NCBI GenBank assembly: GCA_009103225.1
Contig: RHPI01001168.1
Coordinates: 16,222 to 80,221, forward strand
Reading direction: 5' to 3'
Source of the DNA: Chlorokybus atmophyticus
Lineage: Eukaryota > Plantae > Mesostigma and Chlorokybus algae
DNA length: 64,000 nucleotides
Below the pieces are notes generated by a model, which had not been told where the DNA came from, ran no database searches, and saw only the letters and a list, made by a program, of their open reading frames with translations. Positions 1 to 10,800 of this stretch are shown here, piece by piece; positions within the stretch are counted from its first letter, which is position 1; the number at the start of each line of letters is the position of its first letter. Made by a program: the position numbers and the translations under genes.

Positions 1-30
1 ATTACCTCCACAGCATCCACCACCTGTCCA

Positions 31-378
31 CTAACCACACGTCCCGGTGTTGTCCATGTGAAGAAGCGCATGGGTTCCCCTCGCCTCTCGAAGCATGAGC
101 GCGAGCACGATTCGCACACGCACTGCACGCAATGGAAAAACTCGGGTTCCTTGCAGCATTTGGCCGAGGCGGCAGCCAAACACGTCGACATTGTGTGTGG
201 TGTGATGCCAGCAAGCAGCACCAAAACCGTGGCACACTGTCTGCACTCGCTGGCATTCGGTCAAGTGTGCTCGCATTTGCTGCCTACGGCCATTGGCACA
301 TACGTACGCATTGCATTGTGGGCACACCAAGCATGGTCTCCTAGGTGAGGGTGATTCAACTGCTGCCGCCGACATCAT
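31..378 (-). CDS. Short ORF with a C2HC zinc-finger-like motif; function unknown and possibly non-functional
   Basis: The ORF translation contains CPQC-x15-H-x3-C. No other recognisable domain. Confidence 0.25.
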   Translation of the reverse strand: MMSAAAVESPSPRRPCLVCPQCNAYVCANGRRQQMRAHLTECQRVQTVCHGFGAACWHHTTHNVDVFGCRLGQMLQGTRVFPLRAVRVRIVLALMLREARGTHALLHMDNTGTCG

Positions 379-512
379 GCAAAATAGGAATCGGCACGGC
401 TGCCCACAAACTGAGCGAGACTTTAGGGTATGGGCATCAATTTAGGGTTGCCAGCTTACGAACCCTAAATGGGTCAAACTTCAAGTGAAGCACGACTGTA
501 CCTTATACGCTA

Positions 513-544
513 TTGATGTAGTACCATGCATGGTACTACATCAA
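513..544. repeat. Perfect 32-bp palindrome
   Basis: TTGATGTAGTACCATGCATGGTACTACATCAA equals its own reverse complement. Further ATGGTACT copies follow at about 550-577. Confidence 0.9.
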
Positions 545-864
545 CATGAATGGTACTCTATCTGTTAATGGTACTACAGTACAAGGATACTCGCATACTA
601 CCACGATCGTAGAGTAATACTGTGCTGTCATGCCATGGAACCCAGAGCGCTGTCCGAGTTTGTTGCTGTCAACCACGCTCTAAACCAGCGAGGTATGCAA
701 GCCATGCACTGACTCATGCGCCGGGCAGTCATCATACACATGTACAGCCAATGCTTCTAACAACAGCAGATCTCTGGTGCACCATGCACCATGCTGCAAC
801 TATACATGTACCTACATGGTTCACAGGAAGCCAACACAAAACTACAATACATGCACAATTGGCA

Positions 865-3800
865 TCAAGGCGGGGGCCAAATCACCGCCGACACGTTGGC
901 GTCTTGCATCAGGCGTGGCGACCAAAACGGGTGAGGTTGCTTGCAGAATGGACACGCTTGTAGATTCTTTGATTTATTTGCCACAGTCTTCTGATGTGCT
1001 ATGATGCAGACATGGCACATCGCTTTCTTGCAACAGGGCGTCTCCCCATCCGCTGGGGGGGGTGGCTCTTCAATGCGACAAATCAGCACACATGGTGCAC
1101 GCGGGTGTGCAAGCTGCCTCTGCCACCAAACTCTGTTATCGCGTCGCAGGCGTAGCGACTCCCATCTGAATGGCGCAGCATAACGCTCCACTGCCTGCTC
1201 GATCACCTGACGCCCATCTGCCGCCATACACCACCTGCTGGTCTTGGTGGTCTCGTCCAGCATGCGTTCATCCAGGCCCTCGACATGGCTGTCGTCACTC
1301 GTGTACTCCCCCGCATCGTCATTTTCTTCGAGCTTCCACAGAATCAGCTCGACGTGCCGTATGACATACAGCCACTGCCAGCCAAAGCATGCCAAGTACA
1401 GCTCGAATGGTTTTACTTGCCACCCAGTATGTTTGCTCAGGTAGTGGCACACATCTCGACCCGCATTAGTCGACATCGACAGGTACATCTGCTGCAGCAG
1501 GTCGAAGTTCTGCTCCGCAGATAGCTCTTGCACATTGCCGGGCTGCTGCGGCAGCAACAACACCATCATATTGAGGACGGCGAGGGGCAACAACGTACTA
1601 CGGATGGCCATATCGTGTATGGGTTCCAACCACGGCCAATCCCCAGAGGTCTGTTTAGACCGCATTCTCCGCGTTTGCTCCCACTTATTGCAAACTTTCG
1701 TCACCCACCTCGAGGCATGCCGCATGCGGTGATGCAGCGCGTCTTGGGCGTACTGTAGGGTGATCAACTCCTTTGCACTACGAGTCAGCCCCCCAAAGCG
1801 TCTGCGCGTCGGTGCTTTGAGCTTAGGCAGCTCGTGCCGCACCGGCTGTCTCTCTGGACGATGCTGAGCAACCACTTGATGCTGTAAACCCGCCTGTGCC
1901 TACTCAGGACACACAGTCAGCCCCAGTGAGGCTTCAAGGCGCTGTGCTTCTTCTAATGTTGTAACGATGCCTCACCTTTCCTTTTTTGGTCCTGTCAGCG
2001 TCCTTTGTTTTAACAACCTTCTTCTTTTTTTTTGTCACCCTGCACATCTTGGCAGGCGCTCTCCGTGGCACTGTCACTCAGAGGAGGTAAGGCGTTATCT
2101 TCTTGCTCCACAGCCTTGCGCTTGTTGGTTGCCTCCCGTTCCTCCACGACCTCATGTTGCTTCATGAGGTCGAGCATGAAGCCTTTGTCTTTCAGCGCAG
2201 CTTTCAGGACACCTCGATCAATCTCTTTACCAACAAGACAGGCTGGGATCAATGTGGCAAGCTTAGAGGGAGAGGGCGAGCTACAGCTGCTTCTTGATGG
2301 AGATGCCTCCGGATGGTCAGAGTGCGGTGGCAAGTGAGTCTCCGCGGCAGGAAGGGAGGGTGCTGAATCGGGATTGCGAGCATATGGTTGAGGGGAGGCA
2401 GGATGTGCAGAACACTCGGCTACTTCTTGCCTAGCACACGAAGGCGAGGCCTGAGACGTTGGCGCAGCACTCTGGGTCACAGCCGGTGGTAGCGGGGAAT
2501 TGGCAACGCCATTCCGCCACTCTCCGATCAGGTGTGTTACCTCCGGTGGCACTTCATGCATAGGCCACGACCACTGTTCGGTGCTTGCAGGCTTGAGGAG
2601 CCAAAAGTGTGCTTCTGGCTCATCAGGAGCAGTGTTGCCCACCACCAGGACTGAGTTGGGGGCTTCTTTATTTCCAACCCAAACTGCGCTGCCGGGCCGT
2701 GGCACCCACTCCCCATGCTCGCGCTGAACGGTCACGCAGCCAATCAACAAGCCCAGCTTGTTGGCAAACATGGTCATCTGCAGGTGCTCGACGTACACAT
2801 CTTTTCTCCGCACGATCTGTTGCACCTTAGCCATGGCTAGGTCAATGTTGCAGTTGACATCAGCCAACATCGTCGCAGGCAGTTTGTCGTAATACTGCGC
2901 CATCTCTCCCGCGGCACCAGTGGCTCAGAAGTCTAGGATTCTGCTCGCCACGCCTGCATCGACAGCCTTGGCGGTGATTTTGCGAAGAGTGTGCCCCCTG
3001 CCGTCGTCGTCCAAGGTGTCCAGCACGGCCCAAAATCTGCTCGAGCTGGGGCACTTGTGATCATCCAGGACACTTTGCGCTATGATGGCCTGGCGCGAAA
3101 TACACAATGGTAGAAGCAATTACCATCCGTTGGCGCATTAAAGTGGTTCCATGAGGCGAGCTGGCCACCTAGCATGACTGATAGCCGTATGTGGGTTGCG
3201 GCCAGCTCCTCTGATGACTCGCTGGCAGGTGGTGACCCCTGCTGCATGCGCGTACAGCACTCACATGGTGTGTCCAACTGTGGACGGCAAGAGTCACAGT
3301 AACTGATAAAGTACCTGAGTTTGGGGCAGACTGCCGGCTTCAACTTGCAGCGGGTGGGGTAAGGTAGGTGCAGAAGCCACATCGGTTGTTGCATTGTGCT
3401 GTGGTCTCGCCGGTGGCGGCAAGAAGGATTGTTGCCCCGCAATCACTGGTGCTGCTCGTGGAGGAGATAGCAGTGCATGAAGGACTGGTGCCGCGGAAGG
3501 TGGTTGCGCTCTGGCTGGGAGGGGAGCAGGTGAGACCACTTGTGCATGCAGCAAGGGGGGCTGTATACAGGACCCAGGATAAGATGGCTCACACTGTTGG
3601 AAAGGATGAATATAAGCTTATGCAGTGCCTGACGCATTGTTACCAAGGCACGAGCATAAAAGACAGCGACTTACCTCAATGGCCCGTGGGCTGCATGGAG
3701 CAGGGGAAGCCATGGGGGCTGACAAGGTGGTATTGGCTGCACTCTCCCCGCCACCCTCGATGGCAGACTCGTCACGGAGCTCGTGAGCCATGGGCACATC

Positions 3801-3956
3801 ATGCGCCACTGCCCCAATGGACATGTCGGGATTCAACAGGCCAACATGCATGTTAAACTGATGCCGCATTGCCGCCGCGCCCATCAGCAAGTGGGATTGA
3901 AGGACCAGTTGATGGGATTGAATGGGATTGACTCCAGGCTTGCATAGGAGCTCCAA
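865..3956 (-). pseudogene. Disrupted gene encoding an OTU-like cysteine protease domain, a Pro/Ser-rich linker and a C-terminal RING-like zinc finger
   Basis: An OTU Cys box (PTDGNCFYHC) is followed, across a frameshift near 3103 and an in-frame TGA at 2925-2927, by YVEHLQMTMFANKLGLLIGCV and a His box AHFWLL. A T9/A9 frameshift at 2025-2033 and a GT-AG intron at 1975-1882 join this to ORF 865..1875, which ends in CVLIC...TPCCKKAMCHVC...CPFC. Confidence 0.6.
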
Positions 3957-4493
3957 CAGGACCTAGTGCACTGTGGTGCTGTCAACCAATCACATGTGGG
4001 TTAGCTGCATGCTTGCGACACTGCAATTGCAATAGTCAACCGCGTCACACCGTCATCAATCGGTTGCTTCGAACAGTCACTTGCGGCATTGCTGGTTGAT
4101 GTACGAATGATTGCATGGACTGCGTCATTGCTGGTTGATGCACTATTGGTTGAATGCCGGACGAATGGCCACGCGCTCCTGTGCTCAAACCCAGCCTACT
4201 TCGTTCGGCACGCGCGCGACTTCGCACGCTCACGCACATCCTAGCATGCAAAGGTAGGCATGCATTGGAGCCGACATTGCAGTCAACATGCACAACGAGG
4301 TTGGCAACAACATACCGCCGCCCAGCTCTGTCTATCTGCTCTTGCTTCCGCAATGTCGGCTTGACTGTAGGGTGGGTATGGGTGAATAGTGGAGGCCTGC
4401 AGCCACGCTACATATATCACATGGACTGCGCTCAGAAACAAATTGCTCTTGCAAGGAAATGCATGTGACTGTTGAGCGTACCTCTGCATTCCT

Positions 4494-4769
4494 TTATGCT
4501 TGTCCCCACAGCCGCAATTGGTCCCGCATGATTCTAACAAGGGGCTCCAAGGACTGCAGCTCCTGATCCACTCCTTGTTGTTGCAGAAAGCGAGCCACCA
4601 AGCAGCTCTCTGTGTGAAGATGGTCTTTAATGGCTTGCATGCTGGTTTGTCCAATGTTGGTGATGCATGTTGGACAGCCCCATTGCTGACGCCTGCCATG
4701 ATCCATCACATGGCGCCCGGTAGTAGCTGGCTTTGCTGCTTGAACTCTTACGACCACAACTTCTCGCAA
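4494..4769 (-). CDS. ORF fragment with a C2HC zinc-finger-like motif; possibly an upstream exon of the disrupted OTU-RING gene
   Basis: The translation contains CPTC-x14-H-x5-C. It has no clear start and no verified splice link. Confidence 0.25.
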   Translation of the reverse strand: MREVVVVRVQAAKPATTGRHVMDHGRRQQWGCPTCITNIGQTSMQAIKDHLHTESCLVARFLQQQGVDQELQSLEPLVRIMRDQLRLWGQA

Positions 4770-4958
4770 GATGTGCCACGCCGCCGCCGCCGCCTCCTCC
4801 GACTCCTGGTCCTCCGCCTCTTAGTCGAACCCAGGCCCATCAAGCCTGACATTCGACCCGTCATCGATCTGGTGCTCCTGCGTGCCATCATCCGGCCATC
4901 AATGAAGCGTGTTTGGGTGAGTGCACGCTAACTCCCATTTGGGCTGATCGAGCAATGC

Positions 4959-4987
4959 CTCTGTCGTACCATGATGGTACGACAGAG
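4959..4987. repeat. Perfect 14-bp-arm palindrome with a 1-nt spacer
   Basis: CTCTGTCGTACCAT-G-ATGGTACGACAGAG. Confidence 0.9.
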
Positions 4988-5666
4988 CCATTGTACGGCA
5001 ATCGCTGGGGTTGGACGAGAGATGCCTCTGTCGCATCATAAATGTTACGACACAACCATTGTTACCAATGATTGTACGAAGCATGGATGGCACGAATGCA
5101 TAAGTCGTACCATCAACCATAGGAGCAAGGACGCACTACAAGTGCGACTTTAGTGCGGGACTCTAGACGTTCAAAACCGCCTCATTTTCGTTTTCGCGCC
5201 TCGTACATTCGGGCGGGCCAACCGGCGGCGGCAGCGTTGGAGGCGGCAGCGCCACTATCAGCTAAACAGGCGGCACCCGACTGTCAGTTGGAGAGATACC
5301 CCGTGGTCCATCCGTAAGTGCACCTCGTCGTGGAGGTCGGCGCCAGTTGTCCACATTGCCCCCAGTGTTCAACCAGGCAACCGTCGCCAACCAATCGCAG
5401 CAAGACCCCGCGCTAATGCCCAGCACATCACAACAACTCCACCTGACACCGCAGTCGCAAGGGCAAGCTAGACTGCATGCGTTCTTGATGCACTGTGCAC
5501 GTTGCTTCTTGCTCAACTTCTAACTTGGATGCTTGCTTCTTTCATGACTAGCACAGTGACTCACTGCATGCGTTCTGGATACACTGTGCACGTTGTTCTT
5601 CTTTTGCAACTGTGAGGGTTGCATCTTTCATGGCTGGCAGCACGACACATGTGGTTGTGCTTGCAG

Positions 5667-7106
5667 AGGGTCGATTGGAACCCCCAACCCAAACGCATTT
5701 GGCCGTGACGTGGCAACCTCGGCCGTCAGCAACCCTTCCCCAAGCAAGTGGAAGATTGGCAACGAGGTAAGCACTGTGTGTATGTGTGTAACGGATTGTT
5801 TTTCTGTGGACAGCATTTGCGAGATGCCGTCGCTGAAATCATAAACGACCACTGGGTAGAGAGCCACGTTTATCCCAATGAGGACACTATTCGTAACGTC
5901 ATGTGTCAGGTGCTGTGAATGCTTCATGACCGCACTGCACCGTGACACTGACCAACCTGCCCGTGACAGGTAGTTGGCTTCGACCATGACGACGAGGCCG
6001 ATGCGGCCAAGTTCTATGAGGTGTACTGGACTCCCAAGGAGTGCCCCTTCCACTGGAGTGTCGCCCTGAAGAAAGCTACGCAGGTCCGGTCTGAGAACGT
6101 CACCAAGATCAAGCATGTCCTTGAGAAGGAGTACAAGTGGACACTGTTTAAACAGCAACAAGCGCAAGTGAGTTGGATTCCTCACCACCATGTCTGCTAT
6201 GCAACACTGCCTTCTTACTCAGCCTCCATACACACGTACTCATCTCGCCTATTGTAACCGATTCAATCAGGCACATCGACGCCCTAATGGACCCCGAGAA
6301 CCAAAAAGCCCAGATGCGCAACGCGCTCCAAAGTAAGTCACAGGCACTATTCTAGCCTGGTGCAGGCTCAACTTGAACTATCAATTTCGTGACTAATGCC
6401 TTGTCGGTATGACTGTCGCAGACAAGTCATGGCGGAGATTTGAGGTGACCGACACTGCAGACCCGGAGCGGAGGAGATACATCCATGAATGGGGCAATCT
6501 CATAATCTGGCAAATGATCGTGCAATGCTGGTCTTACGCCGTCACTACACCTGGTCGCCGGCAGCTGACAGTCAACCACCTCGCATACTTGTTGCTTACG
6601 GTGAGCACTCTGAACTCCAGCATTAGCAATTCAGGAATGCTGTAGCCCCAAACTACAGGCTTGCAGACGCGTTGTTGTGAATAGTTGCTTTCGATGCCAC
6701 TAAAACATGCCTGTAAACTACGCAAGTGGAGCGCATCCTAAAGGGCAAGGATGGAGACCCTCTCCTAGCTGCCAGCATAGACACACATGAAAAGTACCTC
6801 AGCGAAATCAACACCATGATCATGTCAATGAAGCGGGAGATGAGGCAACGGTACGCAGCCCTCCAGCCATTCACCCTTGTGAAACGCCGCACTGCATCTT
6901 GTGTCGAATACCTGAAAGATCCCAATCGGCAACGGCCGCAAGAGACAGCAGCTCGTGACCCGCTCGCTGAGGCAGAAGCGGCATTTGATTGGCTGGCACA
7001 ACCGTTTGAGGAGGAAGAGCAAGCTCCGGCGTCTCCTCCACAGGCCCCAGCGCGTGGTGCTTTGTTCCGTAATGACGAGCAAAGCGATGATGGAGAGGAG
7101 CTGTAG
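5667..7106 (+). CDS. Multi-exon gene of unknown function; start codon and one junction unresolved
   Basis: Consecutive exons with matching GT-AG phases read ...PSKWKIGNE | HLRDAVAEIINDHWVESHVYPNEDTIRNVMCQ | VVGFDHDDEADAAKFYEVYWTPKECPFHW... The last exon corresponds to ORF 6726..7106. One junction needs either a GC donor at 6164 or a frameshift. Confidence 0.5.
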
Positions 7107-7260
7107 CGCAGTTGGTAGTCCGTTTAGCTGGTAGTGTACATAGCTACAAGGCTCTTGTGACTGAGTGTTGTGCATCTTAAACCAGCTCAGTCAATCGTCA
7201 TTATGCTCATGCACATCAATACTTGCATCCCTATGATATACAACAGAACTGCATTCGAGT

Positions 7261-7684
7261 TGTTGAGAGTATCCCTACATACGATCAGCATCGACCCTCC
7301 ACACAGGAGTAGAAGGTCGTAAGGACGAGCACTAGGTCCGGACTTAGCAAGATGGCATCGTCGGACCAGACTCCGGACTCCAGACTGGAGCCTTACTAAC
7401 TGCTTCGTATCTCCGCGTATACTTACTCATATTGGGCGTGTAAGAGCTTGTTGGAAAGCTCTGGTTGTAAGAAAGACAACGCAGCTTAGAGCGCGTCAAA
7501 AGGCTGAGTATAGCTTACGCAGTGCTTGCAAACGTAGACGTGTGTGTAACTGGCTGGTATAAGAACCAGCGGACAACTTGTAATAGATGAATGTGATGTG
7601 ACTTGTGTATGCTCTGGTGGCGGTAGCTCTGTCCGTGTGCATCCATGCTTGCCTCAACTACATGTGCATGCTAGTCCTTCAACA
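7261..7684 (+). repeat. 5' LTR
   Basis: TGTTGAGAG...CCTTCAACA. It matches 11742-12165 with three substitutions found by manual comparison. Confidence 0.97.
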
Positions 7685-7698
7685 GGTTATGGGCCCAC
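7685..7698 (+). other. Primer binding site complementary to the anticodon-stem region of initiator tRNA-Met (half-tRNA priming)
   Basis: GGTTATGGGCCCAC immediately follows the LTR. It is the reverse complement of GTGGGCCCATAACC in plant-type tRNAi-Met (sequence recalled from knowledge). Confidence 0.85.
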
Positions 7699-7811
7699 AC
7701 TACGCTTGAGGAGTGTGAGACTAGCTTGTGTGCATAGTAGTTCTACACTACGGTAGCTTGTTGGTAGCAGAGCCTTGGGTGTCAACTGCAAGAAAGGCAG
7801 GCTCGACAGAA

Positions 7812-10800
7812 ATGGAGGCGACCTACGACAAGGGGCAGATTGCAAAGCTGGACACCGACAACTACAACACATGGTGCGTGGAGATGAAGGCCTTGCTCAT
7901 CCACAAGAAGGTGTGGAAGTACGTTGATCCGAAGGCACCACCACCAACACCAGGAGCGAACACTGTGTGGTCAGAGCATTCAGCAGAAGCACACTCTTTG
8001 CTTGTGTTGAACAGCAAACCGCATCACTTTCCCATGCTCACTGCATGTGAAGATGGTAGACAAGCTTGGGAAAAGCTATCAGCCGTTTTCAGAGCCAAGA
8101 ACAATGCCAGAAAGTTGCATCTACGCAAGCAGCTCAGCGCACTCAGGAAGGAGGCAGCAGAACCCATCACAAAGTATGTTGCGCGCGCGAGAGAGCTGTG
8201 GGCGGACCTCATCAACGTCGGCCACAACATGGGGGAGACGGAGGTAGTGCTGGCCATTGTTGCAGGGCTACCAGCAGAGTACGAGGTCGTCGCAACCCTG
8301 CTGGAGACGTCATCATCGGAGTTGACGTTGGACGATGTGCTACCGAAGCTGCTCACCGTGGAGCAGAGGGTTGTGAAGAAGGACGAGCAAGCGGATGCCG
8401 TCGCCTTCTACACCGGCAAGCACGCAAAGAAGAGCAACCATGAAGAGAAGTACAAGGGCAACAAGCCAGGCAATCCTCGTCACAAAGACCTCACATGCCA
8501 CTGGTGTGGTTGGAAGGGGCACATTGTGAAGGACTGTAGGAAGAAACAACAGGGGCAACCTAGAGCAAGCACCAGCAACAGCGGCAACGAGCACCAACAC
8601 AAGGAGAAACATGTCGCCTTCACTGCATCCAGTTCGAGGGCGGGCACAGCTTTCTGGGTGGTGGACTCTGGCTGCGATCGTCATCTCACACCAAACAAGG
8701 AGGTGATGGAGGGCTACAAGAAGCTGACGTCCACAATCAAGGTGGCGGGCTTCGGTGGCGAAGTACTGGTGGCTGAGGGAGTTGGCGACGTACGACTCCA
8801 GTGCAAGGTTGGTAACACACTACGCGAGGTGTTGTTACGCAACGTCCTGCATGTTCCTAAGGCTATTGCGAGTCTATTCTCTGTGAGGGTTGCGGAGCGC
8901 TTAGGCGCGGAGATCCTATTTCGGAAGGGTGGCTGCTCAGTCATCCTTGACGGGGTCGTGCACATGGTTGGAATCGCTGATCCGGGAGGGCTCTACCACG
9001 TGGAGCAGCCTCAAGACAGAGACATTCAAGCCATGGTGGTGAAGGACAAGGAGTCGCCAACATTGTGGCATCGAAGGTTCGGGCATCTCAGCTACGTCAA
9101 CCTCACTCGCCTTGTCGCTGAGAAGATGGTCAAGGGCATCCATCTCAGCACAGAAGAACTCAAGAATGCATCAGGTGCACTTTGTGAACCATGCCTGGTT
9201 GCAAAGCAGCATGCTATGCCATTCCCATCATCCTCTTCTAGCAGTCAGCATCCTTGCGAGCTTGTGTACATGGATGTCTGTGGCCCTATGCGCATTGTGG
9301 CGAAGGGAGGGGTCAGGTACTTTGCTACATTCCTCGACGACTACAGCAAGCTGTCCATCATCTTTCCATTGACGCTCAAGTCAGAAGTTGCTGGAGCTGT
9401 GCGCACAGTCGTGGCCTTGTTGGAGACGCAGTCTGGCAACAAGATGAAGGCAATGAGGAGTGATCGAGGAGGGGAGTACATCAACAAGGAGTTGAAGGAG
9501 TTCTTCGCCAGCAAGGGCATACGCCACGAGACAACGGCACCCTACACCCCGCAGCAGAATGGAGCAGCTGAACGCCTCAACAGGACACTCTTGGAGCGTG
9601 TTCGAGCCATGCTCAACGACACAAAGATGGAAGACAGTATGTGGAAGGAGGCGGTACTCACTGCCAACTACATCCGCAACAGGTCTCCGGTGAGCTCAGA
9701 GCAGAAGACTCCGTGGGAGCACTTCTATGGAGCCACACCAGATGTGAGTGGTATGCGTGTGTTTGGATGCACGGCATATGCACTAGTGCCTAAACAGCTC
9801 AGGCACAAGCTGGAGCCGGTCAGCAAGAAGGGCATCTTCGTTGGCTATGAACCGGGTTCCAAGGCTTACAGGATCTTGCTCGAGGACACTCAGAAGATCA
9901 TCGTGAGCAGAGAGGTGGTTTTCCACGAGGGATTATCACAACCAGAAGCAGGCTTCTTTCCTGAAGATGAAGCACAGCCGGAGCATCCTGAAACAGTGGA
10001 GGCTACAGGCAAGGCCATCATCGACGATAAGGGTGAGCAGGACTCCACTGTAGCAGACAAGCAGTCGCACCTGCAGCAGGAGCACGCAGCTCGGAGATAC
10101 CCAGTGAGGGAGAGAAAGGCACCTGACTTCCTACACAAGGCACACGTCGCCAGTGTGCAGAATGAGGAGCCAAGCACCTACGAGGAGGCATTGTTAGCAC
10201 CAAATGCGGAGCAATGGCAGCGTGCTATGGACGAGGAGATTGCGTCACTCCATGCCAACAACACTTGGTCACTGGAGCAGTTACCGCAAGGAGTGAAGAC
10301 CATTCCAGTGAAATGGGTCTTCAAGGTGAAGCGTGATGGTCAGGGCAACATTGAGCGCTACAAGGCAAGACTGGTGGCAAAGGGCTTCTTGCAGCAGGAA
10401 GGTGTGGACTTCAACGAAGTGTTTGCACCTGCAAGTAAGCATACCACCTTCCGTGCACTGCTAGCTATGGTTGCTGCTGAAGACCTAGAGCTGCATCACC
10501 TGGATGTGAAGACTGCCTTCCTCTACGGAGAGCTGGAGGAGGAGATCTTCATCGAGCAACCACCTGGATATGAAGAAGGGGAGAGAGGCACAGCGTGCAA
10601 GCTGATCAAGGCACTGTACGGGCTGCGACAGGCACCGCGTATGTGGCACATCAAGCTCACCAAGGAGCTGGAGGCACTTGGCTTCACCGCATCCTCTGCA
10701 GACCCTGGGCTCTTCATCCATGCAGACAACAAGGTCTGGCTGCTCGTGTATGTTGATGATATCATCATCACCGCCAGGCAGGTGCACCACCTGCAGGAGA

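Noticed and set aside
422-470. TTTAGGG copies and a 10-bp inverted repeat (ATTTAGGGTT / AACCCTAAAT) as a telomere remnant
   Set aside because: Only isolated, non-tandem copies. At most telo-box-like motifs.
479-500. TA-CAGTCGTGCTTCAC on the minus strand as a Tc1/pogo terminal repeat
   Set aside because: No partner repeat in the window, and it differs from and has the same orientation as the end at 14888.
865-4900. Endogenous virus gene cluster, suggested by closely packed co-oriented ORFs
   Set aside because: No viral hallmark genes are present, and the ORFs are better explained as one broken spliced gene.
5134-5155. CACTACAAG...TAGTG as CACTA transposon termini
   Set aside because: The two motifs are only 22 bp apart with no TSD or transposase; better treated as a hairpin.
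5473-5602. Short direct duplication (about 38 bp, 91-bp offset)
   Set aside because: Ordinary local duplication, probably intronic; no further structure.
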